A stretch of DNA of 62,249 nucleotides, filler included, from Kipferlia bialata (taxonomy: Eukaryota): the NCBI GenBank assembly GCA_003568945.1. It is 4 parts of 3 records of this genome, joined end to end, with 100 filler letters (N's around TTAATTAATTAA, not from the genome) between each part and the next. Parts side by side here need not be neighbours in the genome. Positions count along the whole stretch, not along the records: positions 1 to 26,493 come from BDIP01000187.1; 3 more parts are not named here. The stretch is one strand, 5' to 3'. A model generated the notes under the pieces. It ran no database searches. It worked only from the letters and a program-made list of their open reading frames with translations, and was not told the origin of the DNA. The number at the start of each line of letters is the position of its first letter. Position 1 is the stretch's first letter. A program made the position numbers and the translations under genes. Shown here in pieces: positions 1 through 12,900 of the stretch.

Positions 1-248
1 TATAGAATATCATTATTCTATATTTTATTCTATCTCTATATTTTTGAAGCCCTACATGAGAGAGCATAGACATGAGAGAGCGACAGATAAACTTGTGTGG
101 GGGGTATCCAGCCGTGAGATAGAAGTGGGTGGAGGCTAGTACAGTCATATAGATATGCTGGGCCCATGGAACACTAGAGACTAGGCACATAGGTGTACTT
201 GAGTATTAGTATAGTAGAGTGTTGTATCAGTATACACACATAGTGTAC

Positions 249-633
249 CTGGTGCAGGAGTGCTGGGCCCATGGCCAGGAACATGTTGTGGCAGTTGCGG
301 TCTCCCACGCCTATGTTATATATATTGTTATGTTGGTGAAGTACTGCGAGGTGGAGTGTGACTGTCAACTGGTGTGTCTCTGTACTGGGCATATGCACCG
401 CTATATATATATATATATATAAGCACGTCCATACGTCTCACTCCGTACCTAGCTCCCCATATGAGTTGAACCCAGCACCTGCTACACCCGTAGTGGAGGT
501 AGCAGTCACCTGGACATAAGCGGGAAGAGAGAGGCAGACAGATACACAGAGAGAGAGGGACACAGAGAGAAGCAATACTCACCACACAAACTAGGGTTAG
601 CAGCAGCGCTGCAACAACCAGCTTGGATATCAT
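249..633 (-). CDS. Secreted RCC1/BLIP-II-repeat-like protein, 5' part (3 exons seen; 3' end unresolved toward window start)
   Basis: Manual splicing gives MISKLVVAALLLTLVCV|VTATSTTGVAGAGFNSYGEL|GVGDRNCHNMFLAMGPALLHQ: a signal-peptide-like N-terminus followed by G-x-N-x-x-G-E-L-G-x-G-D, which matches the RCC1 repeat motif (GxNxxGQLGxGD). GT-AG introns keep the frame. Confidence 0.5.
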
Positions 634-841
634 ACTGAGCCAAGTGGTGTAGGAGGGGGTGTGGTTGGACGTTTTGATTATCGGTGTCACATATGCACTG
701 GATTGTGCGGATGTGTACTGTTTCATTCTGTCACGTACCACACCCTGCACTTGGTTCAATTGAAAAACATACACACGAATACTTCTAATATTGTATGGAG
801 ATGTAAGGATGAACTAGGCCAAGTAACATTCATTCTATTTA

Positions 842-863
842 GACGGGAATCCCGTCACGGGAT
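842..863. promoter_or_regulatory. Overlapping double palindrome in divergent promoter (candidate TF site)
   Basis: GACGGGA-A-TCCCGTC (842-856) overlaps ATCCCGT-C-ACGGGAT (849-863), between two divergent gene starts. A near-identical structure lies at 59467-59487. Confidence 0.35.
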
Positions 864-1004
864 CCTCTCAGAAATCAATTCTTCGAATCAGGTTTGATCG
901 CTAGTTGATTCGGAAACTAGGATATTTCTGTATGTTCGAGCTCTATCTGACTGCTGGACCGAATCATTGCCACGGTTGACTGATCTGCAACATTGATTTG
1001 CCAG

Positions 1005-3562
1005 ATGGAAGTGCTCTTTCCCCTGAAACTGTCTCTAACAGAACCAAGCGATGTTCACGCCCATCAAGCTGTCAAACTGCAATGTCACTTCATCCACAAG
1101 GATGATTCGGTCCGGAATGGCCTTTGGTGCGTGGTGTTACTGTGTTTCCATCGATATACACGACATTTTACAACGAGACAGCGCTATATCTGACTCTCAG
1201 GTCTCACTGATCCCAAGACTGGGGCACCTACACCCGAGGTGACAGACAGGTATTCAATGAATACCGTATTCATGCCATTGAGATTCCCTCAGTCACTGTA
1301 TACGTACTTCACATACCATCAGTATCAGCAGCTTGTTGTGATTGATTAGTAACTGTTGACCAACTGTAGTATTCTCTCCCTCATGTACTTCCCTGGAATA
1401 CTTGGTCCTTGCTTCTTCTGCCATAGATGTACAGAGTTCATACACATATACATACTCCAACCCATCGCCTGTGTCTCACTGCCAGGTACATTGAGCTGGC
1501 ACAGTCCAAATGTGGCATCATCATGACAGGGGGCCTCGTGGTGGCACAGAATGGTGGGTACCTATTGGGTCTGACTACTACATACTCTATTATGCATAAT
1601 ACATCAGTATTGTACAGCGTGACCTAATGGTTCGTTCGTGTCACGCACAAGGGTAGACTTCTTCCCATCTCTCTGTATACTCCCTCTCACCCAGGCAAGG
1701 ACCACCAGTCTCAGTCTGGTCTACACGATGACACTGTCACCAAGGCCCATGCAGCAGGTGGGTGACCTCTCTCTAGTCTGTACATCACTATTTGTGTGGG
1801 TGGCAATTACCATACTTACCTCTACTAACCCCAGTCCTATCTGCCGTCAAGGCCAAGTGCCCTGAGGTACTTGTATTCGCCCAGATCACCCACGCAGGTG
1901 AGGGGTAGTATATATGGACATCTGTACTCACGAGTATACACTGGTCTATGCTACTGTATACTATATACGTACGTACTCACCCCAGCCCACCTCTCCATCG
2001 ATGCCCCTGAGGATCAGTTGACCCTAGACACTGCCAGTCACGATGTGGCCAAGGTACCATATATACCTCACAATGGGCATACACTATGCTTACCATGACC
2101 TCAAGGTCTTCAGGAGTCCTTCAGTACAAACTCATTACGTGGCAAATCACCTAGGGCCGGATACCAATCTACTCCTCCTCACATACTGACTCCAGATCCC
2201 CCAGATCTATGCAGACGCTGCCCGCCGTGCTGTGGAGAGCGGATACGACGGAGTGGAGGTATGGGCTGTAGGATACTTTGTGGATCTACTGAATATGGCA
2301 TACGAGAGAGCATACGGGATAATGTATAGTCTCTGCTCACTGAGTATCATGTATACTCTATCCTATTGAGTATGTTACTTATACTTCCCTTACACCCAGG
2401 TGCACGCTGCCCACGGCTTCCTGCTCTCTGCCTCTCTCTCCCCCTGTGTCAACAAGAGAGACGACGAGTTCAAGGCTGGACCAGAGCTACTCTACAGGTA
2501 TTGACACCACAGGAATTAGAAAATTAGATCATCACAGACTTCCTTCCTGCATTGCTTCCATAGTATTGTGTCTCCTTGTCTGCCCCCCCTCGCTCTCTAT
2601 ATATATAAATGTACATATATGTCTAACCCCAGGGTTGTGTGTGCTGTCAAGGCTGTTGTACCTGAGGGGTTCCCCATTGCCTGCAAGCTCAACTCCAACG
2701 ACTGGGTGGAGGGAGGTGTGTGAGACTGTGTATGTGTACACTTGTTCTGACCAACATACAATAATACAATGTATATCGTCAGACACATTACACCGTAACA
2801 GAATACTCAATATCATACACATATACACCAGTCCTCACTCGTATCATGCCTACCCACAGGTCTGACCCCTGAGCTTGCAGTCGATGCTGCCAGACGCATT
2901 GCCCCAATGCTGGCTCTCCTAGAGCTCACAGGAGGGACTGTGGTACGTGTCGCCTGACTTATCCCATTACGTTCTCTCCAGCCAATTCCAAAAGCGTTCT
3001 AACACTTCCCACACCAGGACCCTTCCCTCGACTGTACAAGAGGCGTGGCAAGGACTGGGAAGATGGGGAGACAGGGCTACTACTATGCCAAGGAGACCAG
3101 CCTCATCAGGGCTGCTGTCGGAAAGGTGAGCAATTAACCGAGTTTGTGCCATTGTTAGTGATGAGCGACACACAACTGTGAATATAGTCTCCGCTGCTGT
3201 AAGTCATTGACCACCAGGAGCTAGTGCTGGCTGGCACCGGTGGCTTCCGGACCCAGGCCGACATCGAGTCTGCATTGGATGGGGATCTCGACATGGTGGC
3301 TCCCTCACGTCCCTGGCTAAGGTATACATATATCATCACAGCATGATGGGTCCCACTTGCTCTGTCTACATATCAGGAACTAATGTACATATATGTGTGT
3401 ACTGTTGTAGGTAGTCGTGTTTCTCACCTTAGGAACCCCAGGTGGCTGGTCGACATGGAGGACACGGGTACCCCCTCTGCCTGTATCAATTGCAATGCAT
3501 GCTTCAGAGACCACGGAGTCTGTGCAGTTAGGCAGAAGATGATCGCTATGGGCAAGGAGTAG
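1005..3562 (+). CDS. NADH:flavin oxidoreductase / Old Yellow Enzyme family protein with C-terminal Fe-S-type Cys motif (12 introns; start at 1005 or 1051)
   Basis: Spliced exons read MFTPIKLSN..RMIRSG, YIELAQSKCGIIMTGG, FAQITHA, YADAARRAVESGYDGVE|VHAAHGFLLSASLSPCVNKRDDEF, PIACKLNSND, GTGGFRT..DLDMVAPSRPWLRNP and CINCNACFRDHGVC..., ending at TAG 3560-3562. These are OYE TIM-barrel motifs in the expected order. Confidence 0.9.
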
Positions 3563-3936
3563 GGACACTACTTGGTATCGACGCAGACCGTTTAGGGTCG
3601 GTATACTACTATACATGGTTCACAGTAGTGTAAAAGCGGTCGATAGTAGCAATAGAGGCATTAGTGTCATAGATAGGACATGTACATATTCACTTCATTG
3701 CGTATGTGAATGACATTGTGATTCCAACCGCTGTTCTCTTGTTACTGAGTGAAGGCCAATTTCTAGCACTGACTCGGATGCAATGACGGACATGCAAACA
3801 TATATCCTGTCTATTGAAGAAGACTGTGCAACATGATGGTGGCACTGTCTCTCAACTGATCCTCTCTCAACAACACACGTGTGAGTAGTGTTGACACAGA
3901 ATATTATCACACACCCAACCCCAAGTCCTTCCCCCA

Positions 3937-6900
3937 CTAGAGCAGCGAGGTCTCAATGAGCTCAATGCCGATCATGGCCAGCTTCTGTATGATGACTGAC
4001 CCCATACCAAAGGAGCTGAGCCTCAGGCCGATGAAGACCTTGACTACTAGCTTCAGAGGATCAGTGACAAACGCATCCTGCACAAACCCTGTAAAGATGC
4101 CAATCATCCAGTTGACCCCCACCGTCTCTGCAAACTGAAGGGCATAGAGCAGAATGAGGGCCATCAGCGTCAGTATGTAGACAACAGCACCAATGTATAG
4201 GAACACTGCCCAACCACTGGACAGTTCCATCCTCAGGACACCGACTAGGACCCTGTAGATAAGACCCTTCCCCTCAGTACTGGGCTTCTCCGCCTTAGGC
4301 CCCTTGTAGCCAATGGGCTGAGTCCTCTTGAACAAAAACCTCAGAGCAGTAGAGGGGGGTATGGCAATGAGGCTGGTCACCACACCACAGAACACTGACT
4401 GCTGAACAGTGTACGGCACACAATTCTGCTCATCCACCGTCAGTCCCTCCTGGCCTGCGTTAGCATACCCCTCCTGACAGTCCGCCCTGGGGTGAGTGCC
4501 ATTACTCAGAATACATAAAGTTATACACAATGTTAAAGTATACTGAGTGAGTTAGTGGACGTTGGCCATATACTCCCTACCTGAAGAATAATGCGTTCCC
4601 CAGCATGATCCCTGCCAGCAACACCACCAGACAAGTGAGCCTTCTAGGTGGAGTAAGGTTCTCCCTCTTACTACCCTTGTCGATGGTGACGATTGAGATC
4701 CAGTCGTGCTGGCTGAGTGTTGTGTGGTATAGGATACGGAAGTATCTCTTGATCCTCCCGTCAGACTTGACGTCCTGGGCACCGAACATATCCCCTGAAC
4801 GTGTCTGGAGGTTCTCCTTCACAACCTCAAGAATGGGTGCATGGGTGTCGGAGAGGCATATCTGCCCCTCAGGTACCGGTGCGGCTGTCTCCTCGTCCAC
4901 TCTGGTATAGGCAGCCTCTGACACGGTTACAGAATACTCGTGGGTGGTCTCCTCCCCATTGTAGTCGTGTTCCCCTTGCACCCCGTCCTCTTCAGACGCA
5001 GATGGTGTGGATGCATAGTCAGCCACGTATGGACTGGTCAACCTAGTTGCACCACTCTTAGGTACTACAGGGAGGTTGGGGTCCGATCCTACATCAACAG
5101 CCACAGGTGTCGGGACAGGCTCACTCCTGATCTGTGTGATTAGACCAAGGGTGCTCCTCTTCTGGGCCTCAGCATCTGTAGAGACTCCAGACACCAGAGT
5201 AGGCACACACTTATCGTTGTAGAAGAGCAGGTTGGAGGTAGACCCCACTGGGAAGATGTCCTGGGCATCCGAGGACTCTGTCTCTGCCTCACTAGCTGAC
5301 TCCTTCTGAACAGACTGCATGAGGCGAGACTCTGTGGCTACAGACTCCATCCTAAACAGACGAGGTACATTGTCGCCACTCCCCAGGGCATGGGTTCTAG
5401 ACTTGTTGCTACTAGCATTGGTCACCCTACTGGTACTGAGACCTCCACTCTGCTGGCCGTCACTGCTGGCTCCCCTCACACCCTCACTCTCACCAGTGTC
5501 TACCAGCTGACCAGATCCTGTCTCCAGGTTGGACATGCTACCAGGGAGGAGTGTCTCCATGGCCTCTGGGGTGCCCTTCCAGGTCGGCTGGGCTACCATA
5601 CGGGTGAGACTGGCTGTCTTGGTCATTGGAACGCTGACCAGTGTCAGTATGCCCTCTTCGGTCTCTGAGGTCTCATCAGTATGGGCCTCCTCAAGAGTAC
5701 TAGATGTACTGGCAGGAGAGGGGGTGAGGCCTCCACCCCTTGACACTTGCTGGTCTCCCCCAAACAGAGTGTCTGACAGTCTCTCTAGCTTCGCATCCGA
5801 CACCGTTGAGACACAACTGCAGTTCAGCACTAGCATGCTAAGCGTATACAGCACCAGGCATGACCCCAGCATGTATACAGGGGTCATGTTGGTATCGATG
5901 GTCTGCAGCAGCTCTGACACGTTCTCTATCCTGTTGAAATCTGAAGGTGAGGGTAAAGGAGAGAAACGTAATACATACTGTAATAGGTTGTCTTTACGTA
6001 CGTATTCCGGTCAGGAAGGATGTGAAGTGGGTAGTGGTGGCCGTCATGTACTGTCCCGAGAGGTCCCATCCCAATGTGGTGATGCCTTCCTCTGACCATG
6101 CAGTGCCATTCCAGGCCTTGACCCTAAGGCTAGGCTCTAACGCTGCGTCATACTCCAGGTCCCCTGGTATTTGTGAGGATGGTATCCTGATGCCCACTGG
6201 TACCTCCAGGTCCGTAACGTCCAGGACACCATCAGCATCAGACACGGATATGGTAGACATGCCGCTGTAGAATGCTGTGGAGTTACCCCCCATAGGAGGT
6301 GTGGCCATGGACACTATGGAGAGGTACGTGTCCCCACCAGTCTCACTATCAGACCCGGCAGCTGTACTGAACCCAGACGGCAGGGTGTACTCAGCTCCAT
6401 CGAAGAATGAGACAGAGCTGGAGGCATCTCGGGTCAGGGCCTGGGCACCAAAGGACACGTCTCTCTCTGCCTGGGCCACTGCTCTCTGCCCACTCACGAG
6501 AGAGGCTGCCACCCCCATAGACATCTGCTCCACTGAGGTCAGGACACTGAGACCGGTGGTCTGACCGGAGTCTAGCGTAAGAGGGTCAAGGTCCTTCAGG
6601 TTAGACAAGGACACTGCGCCATTTGCAGGGAAACTGGCCTTGACCCTATCGTACAAGGCAGCAGCGGTGACTAGGGAGCTATCGAGGAAGGACGAGTCGT
6701 TGTTATCTGCCCCAGTCATGGTATGGAGCAGATCACCCAGGGACTCAACCTCACTGTCTGCCAGGCTGTCGAGGGTATTAGACACACCCTCCAGGGCCTG
6801 TGCCGCAGCTATCTGCACAGAGTCATTGGCTAGGAGGTCATCGGTGGGTAGGCTGATCAAGGTGGTTGCAATTCCAGAGGATAGCGTACTGTCCTCGGAG

Positions 6901-9900
6901 TCGAGGGCACCCAGGTAGGAAGAGGCAGCCATAATGACACACACCGACACATCGGTGTCACCAGTCTCATTGAGGGTGTCGATACTGGTACTGAGGGCAT
7001 CGAGGTAAGTGGCAGGGTCTGTGTCCGGCCTCAGTATGACGTTCAGTGGTACCTCTGTCTCCACGTACGTCTCTGCCCCAACAGCGTCAATCACAGTGAC
7101 TCCTATGTAGACATCCCCTATCAAGGGCAGACGGACAAGGGAGGACCGTGAGGCACTTCTTGCCTGAAGCGTGGTGCGTGTAGTGGAGCCCTCGAGACGA
7201 GCAGTAAACGCGAAGGTTAGGGGGGTCTGGTGGTTGATGGCCGCCCACCCAGAGGTTGATACGGAGACCTCCTCGTCATGGTACAGGTTGGAACCAGACT
7301 CATCACGCTCTGACTCTACACTCACAGAGAGTGTTCCAGAGATTGGTCCCGAGTGCGTTGTGAAGGCATGTATACTGGATGAGGTGCCGTTGTCGTCAGT
7401 GACAGTGAGACAGAAAGTGTACTCGGTTAGGGGAAGGAGACAGGTCGTGTACACATCCTCGGACATGGGTACTAGACACTGGGCATCAAGCACCAGGTTA
7501 CTCTCGGTGAGACTCTCGGATAGAATCAGATCATCATTCAGCACTCCCTCAGTGTCGGTTAGGGGTAGGGTGGGGCCACCTGTCTGGGACCAGAGGTATG
7601 TGACCCCACCAGCAGAGGATGATGCAGATCCAACCAATACCACAGGTGCAGAGACTAGCACTAGGGAGGGGGTGTGGGAGACAGAGACCAGGGGCTTGGT
7701 GGTGGACACCACAGTGATATAGATAGACACCTCTGCCGTGTAGTCCTCTCCATCAATGGTGCGATGTGCCCTCAGGGTGACGTCAAAGGTCTCAGAGGCC
7801 AGGGATGTGGCACCAGATACATCAACCCCCAGTTCAGACTGGTCTGCTGCAGAGGTATCAAGCACAACCCAGGAGGGGGGCAGTGTCCACTCGAGACTGT
7901 CGTAGTACACGGAACACGAGGTGAGAACAAGGGTGTCAGTTGACTTGACAACGGCCGATGGCGTGGATATACATGCCTCAGGCTCTGCATATGGGGTGTA
8001 TATGGTCACTGACGTAGACCCCTGGGCAGTATGGTCCACGTGTGAGATGGGATACTCTCCTGTCACAGTGACTACATGTGTAGAGTCTTCACTAAACGAC
8101 AAGCCTTCAATGAAGTCCAGCTCTAGGTAGGGCCTCGTGTATGCTTGGAAGGCCTCTTCGAGGCCGCTACACTGGGGTCCGTCCTCACATGTCCACTCGA
8201 AGCTGATAACACCACGCTGTGTCGAGACAGGATGCTCGGCACGTACCCTCAGAGAAAGTGTCTCCCCATAGGTAGACTGCTGAGATGTACCGTTCTCCAG
8301 GGTCATGGTGGGAGATAGGGTACCACCTACAGATACGGTTGTGGTAGCACTAGAGGTGTATCCCAGTACCGAGGTTACTGTGAGACCAACTGAATAGCTG
8401 TTACCGGCTAGTAAGACCTCGTTGGCCTCAAAGATAAGTGTTGGGGTAGTCATATCGAGGTTCTCGACATACGGCGGCATGTTTGGGTTTGACAGGTTGG
8501 CGAGAGTCCATAGGTAGGAGAGGGGTCGGGAGAAGGTACCAACGGAGTCCGACTCCCTGCCCGACAGACTAACCAAGGCCTCGGAGTACACGGAGGAGGG
8601 ACCCGTGATCGTGGCCACTGGCATGGTCGGGTAGTCAGGGAGCGAGACTCCCAATGCCATGTCTCCCAGGATACAAGGCTGAGAGTCATTACCGACTCCA
8701 GAGTCAGTCTGTGATTGGACTGTGAGACCATTTCTGAGTGTGATACACTCCTCAGATGGTAGGAAGGTGAGACCGGCCCCAAAGAACACACTCACATCAG
8801 AACCACCGCCTTCAGCCATCGGTGACACATTAGAAACAAGACATACAGCCGCTGTTCCAAAACTTTCAGCTGTGGCGGTGTCAAACACGGAGGAGCAGTC
8901 AACCTTCCCAGTTGTCTCAAAAGACACATTAGATGTCGTGCCACTGATGTGTGTGAGGTCATCTGATAGAGACAGGGAGGCGGATGAGGGGGAGACCTTG
9001 ATCTGAACAGTGGACGCAGCTGTCAGTCCATCTGCTGCTATGACTGTTACACCCACATGTAGAGTGGCAGAGGCATAGTCTGATGTAGATGGAACAGAGA
9101 GAGGGGCTGTGACAGTAATCCCAAGGTGACTGATGGCATCTGAGATGTCTGCAGCAGATCCAGTGAAGGCATACTCAGTGGACGACTGACCAACAGTGAC
9201 TGAGGTAGGTGAGCATCCTTCTGATACATTGCACACGCCCCACAGAGAGAACGAAGCCACATCGGCATCATCATTGTCGACCATCGAATCTGGAAGAGAG
9301 ACAGTAAGAGTAAGGGTACCGGCTTCCACTGATGTCAACTCTGGCATCGCGTAGATAGTGGAGCCAAGGGGCATGTATTGTACTACGCGGTCAGACAGGA
9401 CAGGGGCATCAGGTACTGATGTGATATTGACGACAACATCAGTTACAGTCTCCATGTCTCTGTCTGCACTTGCAGCAGTGACTCTAAGGGTATCTGATCC
9501 AAAGTAGTTACTGTTGGGTGTGTAACAGCAGTCTGCCAACAAATCAGTGAGAGCGGAGGGCCCACTAGCAGTGAGTTCAAGCACATCGAGTCCGTCTGCA
9601 GAGCACCCCCCACTAAGGGTGAAAGACCCGTGCAGGGATGATACTGAGAGGGTGAGGGCATCATCCTGGGCCTCGGCAAAGAGGGGTAGGTGCTCGATCT
9701 CCATGAAGGATAGGGGCAGCCCTGTGTCCTCCTCTATAGTCTGTGTCTGTGCCACGACCAAAGGGTACTCTGTTAGAGACACAGACACCCTGTTACAAAA
9801 GACTACTGTGCCGAAGGAGGTGACCTGGGAGGCATAGTCCTGGGCCACATACTGTGTGTACGCAGTCATGTCATCACCCAGTAGCACAGCGTCATTGGAT

Positions 9901-12900
9901 GTCATGGCACTAGAATCAGCCAGACAGTATGTGACAAACCCAGTGTGCAGGTTATCCACTGCACCATCAGGCCCACATGTCACCGTCATGGAGAGAGAGG
10001 CAGAGTCAGTAGCAGAGACAGAGAGTAGAGTGGCATCAGGGCCATTCACAAGGGCACTGGCACTCTCACTACCGGCAACCAGATTCAAAGAGCAGACGTC
10101 GGTGTCTGATAGGTTGTCGACAGTGAGTCTTGCACTCATGTAGAGTGATGTGACTGACCCCAAGGATGCGTTCAGGTCTAGATCCCTGCTAAAGGCACTC
10201 CCCGAGTTAGGGGCCAGGGCCACAGGTTGTAGAGAGACGGGGGTGGTGGATGCTGTGACTGAGGTCCATCTCTCTGTGTATACAGTGTCGAAGGAGTAGG
10301 AGGGTGACGCTGAGGGGGCACCGACAGACACAGTGACAGTGTCCAGGGAGGGGTTGGTGGTGTATGGAGCTGGTATGTACATCACATTGTCTGCAGCTAT
10401 TTGTACCATCGCAAGAGACCCAGAGAGGGAAAGTGAGTGGGTGCCCTCAGTAACTATTAGGTCTGGTGTAGTACTGAGACCCACTGGTGTAACCTGCCCT
10501 TCCTCACACTCTACAGTGAGTGTTACTGTTGCCGTGTCATCTGCATCACTAGCCACTGAGAGGAGTCCTGTCCTAAATGGCCTCATGGACTGGAAAGGAG
10601 ATGCCTCTACGTTGGAGGGCATACCCGATAGGGAGAGAGGGAACCCATGCGACACTGAGCATGTATCACCATAGTACCCAGCGTCACACAGACACATCGA
10701 GTGGGAGACAGCGTCAGTCTCTACACCAACAACTGTACCCTCCAGACATGTAGGAGAGTCACTGGGGGTGTCGTATACAGTGGCATACATGGATGCAGAA
10801 GCAGAGCCCCCCAGTGCTGTGGCCCCAGTCACTGTCACAGATAGAGAGAGGGGTGAGTACCTCTGTATCTGGGTGGGGTGGGTAGTGGCTGTCACGGGTA
10901 CACGGAAGCACAAGGATGAAGCATCGTACACAGATACTCCAGCTGAGATATCAACCCCATCGGAGGCAGTCACAGAGACAAAGGTGGATGCGTCACTGAC
11001 CACATTGCCGAACTGGTCCTCAACCTGAACTAGCAGATCCATAGACTCACCCAGGATAAGATAGGGACTGGTGTTGAGTATGAGTGCGGCGTGCACTGCG
11101 GCTGGAGTCACTGACACACACTCAGTCTCACTGGTGACAGTGCCGTCCAGCCTCACAGTGCAGCACACCTCACTGGCATGGGTGATACCTCCCACAGACA
11201 CGGCCCAGGCATCGTCAGCGTCTACATAGGATACAACTGCAGAGAAGGTATCACCAACGGCATTCTGGGTACACTCTACCTCTATGTCCACTAGGTCTGG
11301 GAAAACAAAGGGGAAACCATTCACATCTGAAAGAGATAGCTCTCCTGATATTGTGGTTCCTGCCGTGGCATCTGACAAGGAGAGCACGGCGCTGGTTACA
11401 TCCAGGGGGGTGTACGTGAAGGTCACTGAGAGTGGCACCTTGGCCACACTGACTATACCCTGAGGGGTGGAGAAAGAGATGTCCAGTCTGTCGAAGGTAT
11501 CTGCATGGACAGTGCCAGGGACGGTGGATATGTACTCGACAGAGGCTGCAACAGAAGGCATGTCAGCTAGGCTGGCAGATATTGATAGACAGCCAGAGAC
11601 CGAGGTGGTATCTGATGATATCAGCCCATGGGTGGCACTATCCATGGTAACGATACCGGCCTGGACACAGACAGAGAGAGAAAGGGTGGTGGACGCAGTC
11701 AGAGACGACTCCTTGGCTATACCCTCTGTGAACCCAACAGGGGACACAGCTAATGGGTACAAAGTGGTATCCCTCTCCACTACCAGGCCATTTCGTACAC
11801 TGGCTATACCCACAGGGCTGGTAGACACCTGTGTTGCACAGCCAGTCCCTCCGTATGACACACTGCATACGCAGGCATCATCGAACACTCCATGCCCTAT
11901 AGCGCATAGCCCTGTCTCAGATGCACACCCAACACAGGTGGTGCCTGCCTCAATGACACGTGCATAGACAGGGGGCAAGGGAGTACTATCTACAGTGACC
12001 ACTACATCCTCAGTCACACCGGGTGTATCTGAGACAGCTATGGTGGTGTGGTACAGACAAGTAAGTGCATCAAATGTCATGGACTCGGGCACGCCAGAGG
12101 AGACAGACACAGTCAGTGCGGCATTGGATGAGAGGATGGGGTTGTTGAACATGTCTCTAAGCTGTGCATACACCTCAACAGATCCAGAGGGGTACACTGA
12201 GTATGTATCTAGCCAGACCAGGGTGTCACCTGCACTCACACTGCCATGCTCTACGGCAAGGGACTGGGTGTGGAGCTGGGTGACGTCTCCCACTAATTCT
12301 GTGATGGATAGAGTAAAAGTGGCAGTACCGGCTACCGTGGGAGTGAATGAGGTAGTGTACACCCCACTCAGATATGTGAGAGTACCCATAACTCCATCGA
12401 GGTCAATGACCACGTCAATCACTTGGTAGTCAGTGAATTGGGTGTTGGTCTTGTCGTAGATGGAGAACTCGACAGGCACGGCCTCCCCGGCTGTTGCAGT
12501 GGAAGGCACCACCCACTGTACAGAGGCCCCAGCTAGGGAGGGGGCGGCGAAGAGGACACTGACATCAATCACTAGAGACCCAGCCACGGTTATGGTGTCC
12601 TCTACCCTCTCGTCCTCGTAGGAGAGGATAGGTGGGGTATATACGAGACCATCAGCGCCACTGTAGATATCCTCCACTGTGCCCATCAGGGTGATAGACT
12701 TGTCTGATGATTCAGCTACAGACACCCCACTAACACTAGCCCAGGACAGCACGCCTAGCGAGCATGCCACTGTAATGACGATGGCGTCAGAGTCAGAGGA
12801 TGTGTCTCCATCAAGCTGTGCATAGGAGAGGGGGGTCAGGGTGTCCTGCATAGTGATTAGGTGCTTGAGTACGGGGGAATTGAACCCAGTGGGGGATACA

